A DNA stretch of 64,000 nucleotides from a virus. The position numbers and the translations under genes were made by a program. Below are positions 36,561 to 48,600 of this stretch, in pieces. Location of the stretch: IMG/VR virus record IMGVR_UViG_3300032247_000624, positions 4,277-68,276 of that record; one strand, given 5' to 3'. Numbering within the stretch: position 1 is the stretch's first letter; the number at the start of each line of letters is the position of its first letter. Under the pieces are notes generated by a model. That model had not been told where the DNA came from. It saw only the letters and a list, made by a program, of their open reading frames with translations, and did not search any database.

Positions 36561-38720
36561 ATGCCAATTAACCAACGAACTCCCAGTAAACCGCCAGGCT
36601 CGGGCCCGTACCTTGCTGAAGTTATCAATCATTTGGATAAAACATACATGGGTGGTTTGGAAGTTGTATTGAGGACAGATATTCCTGGATATGTCAGTAA
36701 TAGAGCCAACGCATTAAAAGTACGCTATATGTCTCCGTTTTTTGGAGCAACATCGGCTCGATTCCAAGGCAATAACAGTGCTGATTTTGAGCATTCTCAA
36801 AAATCTTATGGCATGTGGATGATACCACCAGATATTGGCGCTACTGTATTGGTAGTTTTTCCACCTGGATCGGATGTGGGCTATTGGATAGGCTGTGTAC
36901 CTGCCCAAGATCTATTTCAAAATCACATGGTACCAGGTATTGCTGCCAGCAGTAATGTGGAACTTACTCCGGCACAACGTAAATTATATGGTGCTGACGC
37001 AACCAATTTGCCCGCGGCTGAATTTAACAAAAAAGTTTACTCTGCCAAAAATCCCAATGTGGATACTATTGGCAGACCCGTACATCCGTTTGCTGATAGA
37101 TTATTAAAACAAGGATTATTAAAAGATAATATTAGAGGCATCACATCAAGCAGTGCTAGACGTGAAGTCCCCAGTCAAGTTTATGGCATTAGCACTCCTG
37201 GTCCAATTGATACCAGTAGTAATGCTCGAAGGGTAGATATTGGTTTTGGATCAAATGCCATGGCTCCAGTTAGCAGATTGGGTGGTAGCACATTTGTTAT
37301 GGATGATGGCGATGTCAATGGAAACAATGAACTGATACGAATCAGAACACGCACTGGCCACCAAATACTGTTGCACAACAGCGCAGATTTAATTTATATT
37401 GCCAACAGCGCAGGTACTGCTTGGATAGAATTGACATCAAGAGGCAAGATTGATATATATGCCGCTGATTCAATCTCTATGCATACTGAGGGAGATTTCA
37501 ACTTAAGGGCAGATCGAGATTTTAATATAGAAGCAAAAAATAAAGTAAACATTGCAGCCCTAGGTGGAAACATAAATTTATCAGCACAAAATGATTTCAA
37601 TCTTACCGCTATTGAGTTTAGGGCCGACGTGACAGGTGGATATAATCTAGCAGTGGCCAAAGATTCAAATGTTTCTGTAAGAGGTGCTTCTAATCATTTG
37701 TCATCAGGACAGCTGAGTTTAAAATCAAATGGATTAATTTCACTGGGAGCAGGTACAGATGTGTCCATGACTGGTGGCACATCAATAACAATGACTGCGG
37801 GAGTTATCAATCAAAATGGACCCAAAGCTACCAAGCCAGCAACAGCATCTCCTGCGGCACCTGCTAGGATTAATTTGTTCAATGTGCCGTCCACATCAGT
37901 GGGGGCGGGATGGTCAGACAGTAAATATCAATCAATAGATGTACAGTCTATTACGCAACGTGTGCCCATGCATGAACCTTGGCAACAACACGAAACGTTG
38001 GCAAATCCTTTCAGCTTAGAACTTACTAATTCATCAATTGAAGCAACAACCACGGCGACAAATGGCGGAGTTTTAACAGCACCTCCCAGCGCCAGCAAGC
38101 CATTACCATTTAAAGCCGGTCCAGGTAAAGATAAGGGTACAGTTAAAGGTATTCCTACTCCTTGGACAACTGATGACGCTTTCTTGAATAAAGTCAAAGA
38201 TGTTGCGGCACTGTTGTCATTTCAGCCTATTGATTTGTTGGCAGTAATGAATTCAGAAAGTAATAGATCATTTGATCCTGCAATCACAAACAATTTAGGA
38301 TACACTGGATTGATTCAGTTTGGCAATGATGCCGCCAAATCTCTAGGAACCACAACTGCTTATCTACGTGGGTTGACTAGAGTCCAGCAAATGGATTATG
38401 TGTACCAGTATTTTCACAAGCTATGGGGTTGGCCAACTGCTAAATGTCCCAGCCCATCTTTAGGCAATATCTATACCACAGTGTTCTTGCCAGCCTTTAG
38501 ATTTTATTTGCCCAATCAGATAATTTGTTCAAGTAGAGATCCCAAGACCGCCAATTATTATAACCATAACACAGTATTTGATACTTCACAGAATAGTCCC
38601 CCAGCCGGCTATATTACAATGCAGATGATGACCAACTTTACTCAAAATATGAAAGCTGAAGTCATTAAGTGTTTGGAAGTGGCAGGTAAAAATCCAGATT
38701 TTACCCTAATTAAGAAGTAA
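36561..38720 (+). CDS. gp5: Baseplate central spike (gp5-like) with C-terminal lysozyme/lytic-transglycosylase-like domain
   Basis: OB-fold (SYGMWMIPPDIGATVLVVF), RIRTRTGHQI and beta-helix repeats. C-terminal LLAVMNSES...GLIQF. Confidence 0.85.
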   Translation: MPINQRTPSKPPGSGPYLAEVINHLDKTYMGGLEVVLRTDIPGYVSNRANALKVRYMSPFFGATSARFQGNNSADFEHSQKSYGMWMIPPDIGATVLVVFPPGSDVGYWIGCVPAQDLFQNHMVPGIAASSNVELTPAQRKLYGADATNLPAAEFNKKVYSAKNPNVDTIGRPVHPFADRLLKQGLLKDNIRGITSSSARREVPSQVYGISTPGPIDTSSNARRVDIGFGSNAMAPVSRLGGSTFVMDDGDVNGNNELIRIRTRTGHQILLHNSADLIYIANSAGTAWIELTSRGKIDIYAADSISMHTEGDFNLRADRDFNIEAKNKVNIAALGGNINLSAQNDFNLTAIEFRADVTGGYNLAVAKDSNVSVRGASNHLSSGQLSLKSNGLISLGAGTDVSMTGGTSITMTAGVINQNGPKATKPATASPAAPARINLFNVPSTSVGAGWSDSKYQSIDVQSITQRVPMHEPWQQHETLANPFSLELTNSSIEATTTATNGGVLTAPPSASKPLPFKAGPGKDKGTVKGIPTPWTTDDAFLNKVKDVAALLSFQPIDLLAVMNSESNRSFDPAITNNLGYTGLIQFGNDAAKSLGTTTAYLRGLTRVQQMDYVYQYFHKLWGWPTAKCPSPSLGNIYTTVFLPAFRFYLPNQIICSSRDPKTANYYNHNTVFDTSQNSPPAGYITMQMMTNFTQNMKAEVIKCLEVAGKNPDFTLIKK

Positions 38721-38734
38721 TAAATACTGATACC

Positions 38735-39178
38735 ATGCCATACAAAAACTTTACTATTCCTAGCTCTCGACCAATAGAACAGCAAGCGCCAAAATCTAGC
38801 CAATTTTATTTGGGTTTTAGCACCTTGGACAATAACAATCCTGGCAGTAAGTTATATGATTATGATTTGATCAAACAGGATTTGATCAACAATTTCAATA
38901 CAAGACGTGGTGAGAGAGTAATGAACCCCACATATGGCAGCATAATTTGGGAGTTGTTGTTTGAACCTTTGACTGATAGTATAAGGGAACAGATTCAACA
39001 AGATGTGTTAGCTATATGTCGAAACGATCCTAGAATCTATCCTTCGCAGATTGATATTTCTGAATACCCGCAGGGTTACTTAATAGAGTTGACACTGGTA
39101 CTTAATTATAACAATCAGTCAGTAAATCTTGCTCTAGCTTTTGATCAAGAGATTGGGCTAGTGACCCAGCAACAATAA
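38735..39178 (+). CDS. gp25: Baseplate wedge protein gp25
   Basis: DLINNFNTRRGERVMNPTYGSIIWELLFEP...DPR. TAAATA at 38721-38726. Confidence 0.93.
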   Translation: MPYKNFTIPSSRPIEQQAPKSSQFYLGFSTLDNNNPGSKLYDYDLIKQDLINNFNTRRGERVMNPTYGSIIWELLFEPLTDSIREQIQQDVLAICRNDPRIYPSQIDISEYPQGYLIELTLVLNYNNQSVNLALAFDQEIGLVTQQQ

Positions 39179-39223
39179 TATATGTGGTTTATTACCGCAA
39201 TAAATACGGTATAGGCAAAAAAT

Positions 39224-42200
39224 ATGACAATTCCAGCAACTAATTCGCAGTACCTAATTACAAAAGATTGGAAAAAGATCTATCAATCTTACCCTAATGC
39301 AGAATTCCAAAGTTATGATTTTGAAACTTTGCGTAGGATCATGATTGCTTATCTTCAAGAAAATTTTCCAGAAGATTTCAATGATTTTATTGACAGTAGC
39401 GAATATATTGCGCTTGTTGATCTAATTGCTTACCTAGGACAAAATCTAAGTTTCCGTATTGATTTAAATGCTCGTGAAAACTTTCTAGAAACAGCGACTC
39501 GCAGGGATAGCATTCTACGGTTGGCACAATTAATTAGCTATGTGCCTAGTCGAAATATGCCAGCAAATGGCCTATTAAAAATGTCTGCTATCTCTACCAC
39601 AGACAATGTTTATGATTCATTAGGCAATAATCTCAGTAACACTACAATTGGCTGGAATGACGCTACCAACGCAAATTGGTACAATCAATTTTTAACAATA
39701 TTGAACAGTTCTTTTATTGCCCCTCAGGTATTTGGTAACCCTTCTGATCAAAACTCCATTGGCGGAATTTTGACACAACAGTATAGAATCAACAGCTCTA
39801 ATACAGATGTAGCTGTGTACAGTTTCACAAAGAACATCAGCGGGTCAACCATGCCCTTTGAAATCGTGAGCACTACTTTTTCTGGAAAATCTTATCTGTA
39901 TGAAGAAGCTCCAGAGCCTGGAAATAGATTTTCTATTATCTATCAAAACGACAACCAAGGAAACTCCAGTGCCAATACTGGATTTTTTAGCCATTTTAGA
40001 CAAGGTCAGTTGGGTTCTAGTATTTTTAGTATTCCTGCTCCAGTACCCAATGAAATTATCGGTGTTAATATTACCAACATTAACAATGATGATGTTTGGT
40101 TATGGCATAAGGGTTTAAATGGCCAGTACCAAACACTTTGGACCAAAGTTCCAGCATTAACAGGCAACAATGTTATATATAATAGCCTAAATGCTACTAC
40201 ACGAAATTTTTATAGTGTTACTACCCGAGACGGTGATCAAATTGATTTGAATTTTTCTGATGGCAGTTTTGGAAATCTACCCACAGGCGATTTTGGTTTA
40301 TTTTATAGACAAAGTAATGGGTTAACTTACAGTATTACCCCTTCACAAATGACAGGTATTAGTGTCAGTATTCCCTATGTAAACAAGTCTGGACAGAATC
40401 AAACAATGACTATTACATATTCATTAGAATATACAGTGTCAAATAGTCAAGGTACAGAGTCTAACACCAGCATACAAACTAATGCGCCCCAAACATACTA
40501 TACACAAAATAGAATGGTAACTGGAGAAGATTACAATATTGCTCCGTTAAATATCAGCAGTGAAATACTCAAAGTCAAAAGCATAGCAAGAGTTACCAGT
40601 GGTGTAAGCAAATATTTTGAATTAAGCGATGTCAGCGGAAAATATTCCAGCACCAACATATTTGCTGACGATGGAATTTTATATAAAAATCTTACTCAAA
40701 ATAGTTTTGATTTTAACTACAACAGTAAAAATGATATCTATTCAATTGTACAAAATCGATTAACGCCAATCATAGCATCGGCCACTATTAGATCATTTTA
40801 TCTTGATGAATATCCAAGGCCTGATCTTACTCAATCAGGAGTCAATTGGGTTCAAGTAACTAGATCTTCTGGACAAAGTACTGGGTATTTTGCCAACATA
40901 TCAACAAATGTTGCTACAGCAGTGGGAGGATTTTCCAATAGTAATCTTGCCTATATAGCGCCGGGATCATTAATTAAATTTGTTCCGCCAGCCGGCCAAT
41001 ATTTTTTACCTAATGGTACATTGGTTAACAAACGCACTTCTACCACAGTGGACTATATTTGGTCTTTAGTATCTCAAATTGTTGGCGATGGGTCCAACAA
41101 CGGCACAGGCGCGTTGAGTACTGGTGTTGGGCCAATAACATTAAACATAGTGGTGCCGAGCACTGCGGCGCCAGTTGAAATTATTCCAGCTTTTGTAAAT
41201 TCTTTTTCAAGCTCATTTATCAATGAAATTGTAAACCTATGTTTGATTCAACGAAATTTTGGATTATCTTTTGATTCTATTAACAGAGTTTGGAACATTA
41301 TTGCTGATAGTAACTTAAACCTGGTAAGCCCATTCAGTTTAGAATATCAGAATAACACCAGTAACTCCAATTTAGATTCTAGTTGGTTAGTGGCCTTTGC
41401 TTGGAATGGAACCAGCTATACCGTTCAATATAGACAAACAGATTATGTTTTTCAAAGTGCTCAACAAACTGGATTTTTTATTGATTCAAACAATGTAAAT
41501 TACGACTTTACAACAAACACCATTATCAAAGACAAAATCAAAGTATTGTCAGTCAACACATTGAATACCACTAGCGCAGTGGCGTTGGGAACAGATTATC
41601 TATGGCAGATTGATGGAACTATCACACAGTCAGATGGTTATGTAGAACCAAGACAAGTGTTGGTTAGTTTTTATGACTATAATAATTCTGGTCAAATTGT
41701 TGATCCAGATGCTTTTGAACTAATTGTGTCATCAACCAGTACGAATGAAATCACAGGCTGGGAAGATAAATTTGTTTATTTTCAATTACAAGCAGATAAG
41801 TTAACGTATGAGTTGGTTGATAGCGGCATGTTTACTGCTTATCCAACTCCTGCTGATGCCATAATTGCCATTAATTCAGGAACCATTACCCCATCTACAG
41901 GCGATTTGTTTTATTTCTACGATTCAAATTACAATGTAATTAACAGTTATAATACAAGTACAGCTAACATCAATAATCCTTGGATATATGATACTACTGC
42001 ATCCACTTATGTGGCATATCCAGGTCGTAGTGAAATAAAATTTCAATATGTTCACAACACTGGGCAAGACACTAGAATAGATCCTAGCAAGAGTAATATT
42101 ATTGATATCTATATGTTGACCAGTGACTATGACACTGCTTTTAGAAATTGGTTATTGACTGGTAACGGTACTGAACCATTGCCGCCAACTAGTGTGGCAT

Positions 42201-42670
42201 TAGAAAACAATTATGCTGATAGTTTGGAACCTATCAAAACAATCAGTGATCAAATTATATACCAACCAGTAAAATATAAAGTATTGTTTGGCGCAACAGC
42301 TGACTTGAATCTACAAGCAATCTTTAAGGCAGTGCAAAGCCCCACCAGCACATTGAGTTCTAATAATATCAAATCGCAAATACTTTCGGCAATTAACAGA
42401 TTTTTTGCCTTGGAAAATTGGGACTTTGGACAAAGTTTTTACTTCAGTGAATTGAGCGCATATATAATGAATTTACTAACACCTGATATAACAAACTTTG
42501 TTATTGTTCCAGTGAACCCAAACAACAATTTTGGTAGCCTTTATGAAGTAGCATGTCAAAATAACGAAATTTTTGTGAGTGGAGCAACTGCGGCTGATAT
42601 TCAAGTAATTACGGCTATTACAGCAAGCCAATTGGATACTAAATCAATTATAACCAATGCTGGGAATTAA
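39224..42670 (+). CDS. gp6: Baseplate wedge protein, gp6-like (1148 aa)
   Basis: DFETLR, ENFLETATRRDSILRLAQLISY, FSDGSFG and QNRMVTGEDY motifs. TAAATA at 39201-39206. Confidence 0.88.
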   Translation: MTIPATNSQYLITKDWKKIYQSYPNAEFQSYDFETLRRIMIAYLQENFPEDFNDFIDSSEYIALVDLIAYLGQNLSFRIDLNARENFLETATRRDSILRLAQLISYVPSRNMPANGLLKMSAISTTDNVYDSLGNNLSNTTIGWNDATNANWYNQFLTILNSSFIAPQVFGNPSDQNSIGGILTQQYRINSSNTDVAVYSFTKNISGSTMPFEIVSTTFSGKSYLYEEAPEPGNRFSIIYQNDNQGNSSANTGFFSHFRQGQLGSSIFSIPAPVPNEIIGVNITNINNDDVWLWHKGLNGQYQTLWTKVPALTGNNVIYNSLNATTRNFYSVTTRDGDQIDLNFSDGSFGNLPTGDFGLFYRQSNGLTYSITPSQMTGISVSIPYVNKSGQNQTMTITYSLEYTVSNSQGTESNTSIQTNAPQTYYTQNRMVTGEDYNIAPLNISSEILKVKSIARVTSGVSKYFELSDVSGKYSSTNIFADDGILYKNLTQNSFDFNYNSKNDIYSIVQNRLTPIIASATIRSFYLDEYPRPDLTQSGVNWVQVTRSSGQSTGYFANISTNVATAVGGFSNSNLAYIAPGSLIKFVPPAGQYFLPNGTLVNKRTSTTVDYIWSLVSQIVGDGSNNGTGALSTGVGPITLNIVVPSTAAPVEIIPAFVNSFSSSFINEIVNLCLIQRNFGLSFDSINRVWNIIADSNLNLVSPFSLEYQNNTSNSNLDSSWLVAFAWNGTSYTVQYRQTDYVFQSAQQTGFFIDSNNVNYDFTTNTIIKDKIKVLSVNTLNTTSAVALGTDYLWQIDGTITQSDGYVEPRQVLVSFYDYNNSGQIVDPDAFELIVSSTSTNEITGWEDKFVYFQLQADKLTYELVDSGMFTAYPTPADAIIAINSGTITPSTGDLFYFYDSNYNVINSYNTSTANINNPWIYDTTASTYVAYPGRSEIKFQYVHNTGQDTRIDPSKSNIIDIYMLTSDYDTAFRNWLLTGNGTEPLPPTSVALENNYADSLEPIKTISDQIIYQPVKYKVLFGATADLNLQAIFKAVQSPTSTLSSNNIKSQILSAINRFFALENWDFGQSFYFSELSAYIMNLLTPDITNFVIVPVNPNNNFGSLYEVACQNNEIFVSGATAADIQVITAITASQLDTKSIITNAGN

Positions 42671-42672
42671 CT

Positions 42673-45600
42673 ATGAACACATCTACTTTTCAATCAGTTA
42701 GTTTACTTCCCTCATATTTTCAGACTGATAAGAACACAAAATTTTTATCTAGCACTATTGATCAATTAATACGCCCTGCTCAATTAGAACGCATTGACGG
42801 GTTTATTGGTAGTAAGGTTACACCCAATTATGTTTCAACTACTGATAACTATATTTCAAATTTTTCACCTATACGTTCGGCCTATAATTTAGAACCTGCG
42901 TTGGTCATTAATGATATTAATTCAAACATCAAAGAAGTTGTTGCCTATGATGATTTAATTAATCAAATTGCAGTTAGCGGTGGAATTACTGATAATCTTG
43001 ACAGATTGTTTAGAAGTGAATTTTATTCTTACAATCCGCATATTGATTGGGATAAACTTGTAAACTATCAAGAATACTATTGGCTAGTAACTGGCCCAGA
43101 CTCTGTAACTATTAGGGATGATGTGTTAGACGTAGATGAGGATGTTGTGGGGAAATCTGGATTCACTACATCTATAGGTACTGCTACTATAGCGTTGTCT
43201 AATGGCATGCTTATTGAGTTTGTTGGTAAAAATATAGCATCTAGTTATGTAAACAAGAAATTTTTTGTAGAGGGAGTTGGCACCTCAATAGTATTGATTG
43301 ATTATAATTCATTAGTAACTGCGGGAAAAATTTCTACAATTTATAACGAAAGTTTTGATGGAGCAGGATTTGATGAATATCCTTTTGATGGAAATAAATC
43401 ACTACCTATTAGTCCAGAGTATATAACAATCAATCGTGCTAGTAAAGATTTAAATGCTTGGTCTAGGTACAATCGTTGGGTGCATCAAGATGTAATCACA
43501 GCCAGCGCACTGGCTAATGGCGTTCAAGCAGTATACCCGGCCCTTCAAAGAGCCACCCGCCCCATTATTGAATTTAAGGCAAATTTACAACTTTTCAATT
43601 TTGGTGATAGAGCAATTGCCAATGTTGATTGGATTGATACTGAAACAACAAATGTTTTTAAATCAGCTGAAGGTGCCTGGGGATATTTTGTTGATTTTGA
43701 CAAGATTAATCCTAAATTATTGGGTCACGGTGATCGTGTTATTTTTACCAATGATCCAGATCCGCTGGTAAAGGACAAAGTATGGATAGTCAATTATAAT
43801 ACTCCAGGGTTTAGTAATAAAAAAAGATTAGCATTGGTACCAGCACTGGACCATACTCCAGTAAAGGGCAACTGTGTCAGTATTGTTAACGGTGGACAAT
43901 ATGCGGGATCAAGTTGGTGGTATAATGGTACAGATTGGGTGTATGCTCAACAACATACCAAATTGAATGAACCACCGTTGTTTGATTTGTTTGATGACCT
44001 CGGAAATAGTTATAGTGACAGTTCGCATTATATATCAGACTTTACTGGTAATCAAATTTTTGGTTATACATCAGGAGATGTCTACGACAAGGTATTGGGA
44101 TTTAAAATAAAATATCAAAATAGTGTTAGTATTGGTAGTTACCTGTTCACTAATTATTTTAATTCAGGCATTATTAATGTATCTCAAGGTCAGAATAGTT
44201 CGGCGGTATCAACTGCTGTGACTTATTGTAAGTTTTCAGAAGATACTGGAAACATTTATGCCAATGTATGGACACAGACTAGCGGGTACCAAACACCAAT
44301 ACTTCAATTCCAATCCACATCAGATACAACATCAACGATTGCTATAACTGCTGTGGATAAGTTTAGTTCCAAAGATCATGTTGAAGTATTCGTGGATTTT
44401 AAAAAATTATCCAATAAAGAATTTACTGTATCCACAGTATCAGCAAAAACAGTGGTTTCATTTGCTACTCCATTAGTTAAGGGTACAAATGTATTGTTTA
44501 AATTGTATTCAATGTCTCCTTTATCAAACAATACAGGATACTATGAATCGCCGTTGGGTCTTACAAATAACCCATTAAACGGATTACTTAAATCTGTAAC
44601 ATTAACTGATCTTCAACAACACATACAAACAATGGCCGAAGGTTCGCCTAATTTTTCAGGCAAGTTCCCAGGTCTCAGTAATTTAAGAGATATATCGGGT
44701 GTTGAACAACATGGACGCAGATTAATATCTAACGTTAACCCAATACCATTTGCTCAGATGTTTATTGGCAAAAAAGAACATAATGTTATTAATGCTCTTA
44801 CCAAGGCAGCCGATCAATATAATCAGTACAAATTAGGATTCCTAAAACAACTACTAATACTGGGTAATCAGTCAGATCCTATCCTAGCTGTGGACCAAGC
44901 ACTAGCGGCTATGAACGTTTCAATGAATCTTTTAAGCCCGTACTATCTGTCTGATATGGTTCCTTATGGAACTGATGTAACATCAAGAACATGGACCGTA
45001 ACAGATTCTAGAAATGTCACTTATCCGTTAGGGTTTGATTTTGATCCCACGGTGCTTAGTTTAAAGGCCATGCTGGTTTATGTAAATGGCGAACAGTTAC
45101 TAATAAACATAGATTACAAATTTAACGTTGATGATTCCAGTATTACAATATTAAAATCACTTACACCCGGTGACGTATTAACTGTAAATCAATATCCAGA
45201 TACTTCAGGCAGCTATGTTCCGCCAACTCCTACTAAATTGGGGCTGTATCCTAAATTTGCTCCTTCTATCTATTTAGATGATACCTATGCCGATGTTCCA
45301 GTAAAAGTTATTCAAGGACATGATGGCAGCATTATGGTAGCTTACAATGACTATCGTGATGCTATTGTTTTAGAATTTGAAAAACGTATCTATAATAATA
45401 TCAAGACTCAATATAGGTCTGATTTGTTTGATATTAATACTATTGTACCTGGCGCATTTGTCAGCAACGACTATTTGTTAAGTGAAGTTAATACAATATT
45501 ATCTCGAGATTTTATTAAATGGGCGGGAGCATATGGGGTTGACTATACTGAAAATTTAAGTTTTAATCAAGACAACAAGTTTACCTGGAACTATGCGGGA

Positions 45601-48600
45601 TCTTACAATGAGTTATTGGGTGTTCCCGTAAACGGATATTGGAGAGGAATTTATAAGTATTTCTACGGTACTGATCGACCTCACACATGCCCTTGGGAAA
45701 TGTTAGGATTCAGTGAGCAACCTAGCTGGTGGACTGATCAATATGGCCCGGCACCCTACACTTCTGGTAACGCAGTATTATGGCAAGATTTAGAATCTGG
45801 CCGCAATGCCAGCACTGATACCATTAATGTTTTATATGCCCGTCCTGGCCTATCAAATATCTTACCTGTAGATGAATATGGCAATTTACTAGACCCCACA
45901 GTTAATTTGTTAGTAAACTACACCCCAGCCGGTGAACAACAAAATTGGGTATTTGGTGATCAAAGTCCAGCAGAAACCACATGGCGTAGAAGTAGCTATT
46001 TTCCATTTGCAGTTCAGAAATTATTGGCACTGACTCGTCCTGCAACCTATGCGTCTTTGATGTATGATACAAGTCGTATTAAGAAAAATATTGCTGGCCA
46101 ATGGACCTACGGTACAAATTTAGATTATTCATTCTTGAGTCTTAAAAATATTACACTACAAGGTGTTAATAATGCGTTGACTGCCGGGTATAGCGTCTAT
46201 GTCAGTGAAGTGGGCCGCCAACGTACACAAAATTATAATTCAGAATTACAGTCAGATCTTGATTATTTTGCCTATAATCTATTCCATAAAGTTGGCGGAT
46301 TTGTAAGCCAAAATACACTACAGGTGACAATAAATGCCATTGATCCAACTGCTACTAGCCCTGGCGCATTACTCGCACCACAAGATTATTCATTAATTTT
46401 AAATGTCAGTAATCCTATTAGTTATTCTAGTATTTCTGGAATCATTTTGCAAAAAGTAAATGGATCATTTGTTGTTAAGGGTTATGATCAAACTGACCCG
46501 TATTTTAATGTTTATGGCCCGCTTCGTAATTCTTCAACACCTACAATAAATGTTGGAGGGGTAACAGCACCATTCGTTACTTGGTCTAATTCTAACAATT
46601 ATGGGCAGACAGGATTGACTGCTGATCAAACTACCACAGCCAATACAGCTCCAACTGGTAAATTTTATCATAAAGGACAATATGTACAATACGGTAATAA
46701 TTTTTACATTGTAACTGTAGCTCATCAATCAGAGAATACCTTCAACCCAGCATTGTATCAACAAATACCATCATTGCCAATAACAGGCGGAGCAACTGTA
46801 CAAATCGCCAATGGGTTTGACAATGATATTGTTCAAATTCCGTATGGAACAACATTTAATACAATACAAGAAGTTTATGATTTTATTATTGGCTACGGCG
46901 CATGGCTAACTGATCAAGGGTTTGTGTTTGATTTGTATAATGCAGATTTTGGTACAAACATAGATTGGAATTTCACAGCTAAAGAATTTTTATACTGGTC
47001 AACACAAAATTGGGCCGATAATAGTGTAATTGCGTTAAGTCCATTTGCTGAAAAAGTGCAATTTATTTCGCCAGATTCCGCAGTTGATGACATATTTGAT
47101 CCGTTTTATTCTTACAATGTGATGTCTGCTAATGGCACACTGATTCCCAAAAACAGAATTAGTATTACTCGACAAGATGGTGTTTGTACTATTTCAGCAT
47201 TAAACTCCAACGATGGAATATATTTTGCTGTGTTTAGAAATGTTCAGAAAGAACATGGCATGGTTTTTAATAACACCACAATTTTTGATAACACAGCATA
47301 CAGTATTGAAACTGGATTTTATCAACAGCGTATGAAAATCAGCGGTTTTAGAACCGCAAGTTGGAATGGTGATTATTTTAGTCCAGGATTTATCTATGAT
47401 ACGGCTCATGTGAGCAACTGGTCACAACACGCTAATTATAATGCGGGCGATGCTGTTTATTATTCTGGAAATTACTATTCGGCAATTAATAATATTGATG
47501 GTGCTCAAACATTTGATTTTACCAAATGGCAACTACTGCCCAAAAAACCTGTAGCAGGATTATTGCCTAATTTAGATTATAAAATTAGCCAGTTCCAAGA
47601 TTTTTATAGTTTAGATATAGATAACTTTGATTCAGGACAGCAACATGCGGCTCAACATCTAACTGGGTATACACCAAGGCCATATCTCACAAATATTATT
47701 ATTGATCCAATTGCTCAATATAAATTTTATCAAGGATACATTCGAGAAAAGGGCACATATAATGCTATTGCCAAGTTGGCCAAAGCCAGCGTACAAAATT
47801 TACAAGGTAATTTTACCTATAATGAAGAATGGGCATTTAGAGTTGGGCAATACGGTTCTTATTCATCGTATCAAGAATTAGAAGTGCCTTTGGTCGAGGG
47901 TACATTTATTGATAATCCACAAGTGGTTGTTTTTACAGAAACTACTCCTCCTGTTTCGGCTTACGATTTAAAAGTTTATAGCACAGCTACTGATTGGCAA
48001 ATAACTCCACCAAATTATGTAAGCTCCATGACGTTTGCTGTAAATTCTGGTACACTGATTAATAATAATTTTGTATTACCTACTGCCGGATATGTTCGCA
48101 TTGATGATGCGTCGTATACTACTTTAAATTTAAATACGTTAATAAATGTTGCGTCTAATGCTGCCAACCCGTTCAAAGAAGGTGATACAATTTGGCTAGG
48201 ATTCAAACAAGATAATGATTGGGATATATTACGATATACAGAATCTGCCGCTCAAATAGTTGAAGTTGATGTTAATGTTCCTGGGGTTGACCTTACAGTA
48301 ATGACCAATAACCCTCATGGGTTAGTCAACGGCGAACTTATTTCTATCGCTGAATTCAATTCTTCAGTTGACGGTGTGTATATGGTAACAGGGGTTCCCA
48401 GTCAGACATCGTTTTTAGTTTCATCAACAGCAACATATACTTCTAATTTTGCTTCTACAACAACGGTTGGACTGTTGTTTAAATTTGACAGTTTTAGATT
48501 CAACACATTTGATAATCTGCCAAATGATTCTACGCTATTAAAGTTGCCCAACAACACTAAAGTATGGGTTGATGATATTGGTAATGGACAATGGGGAGTC

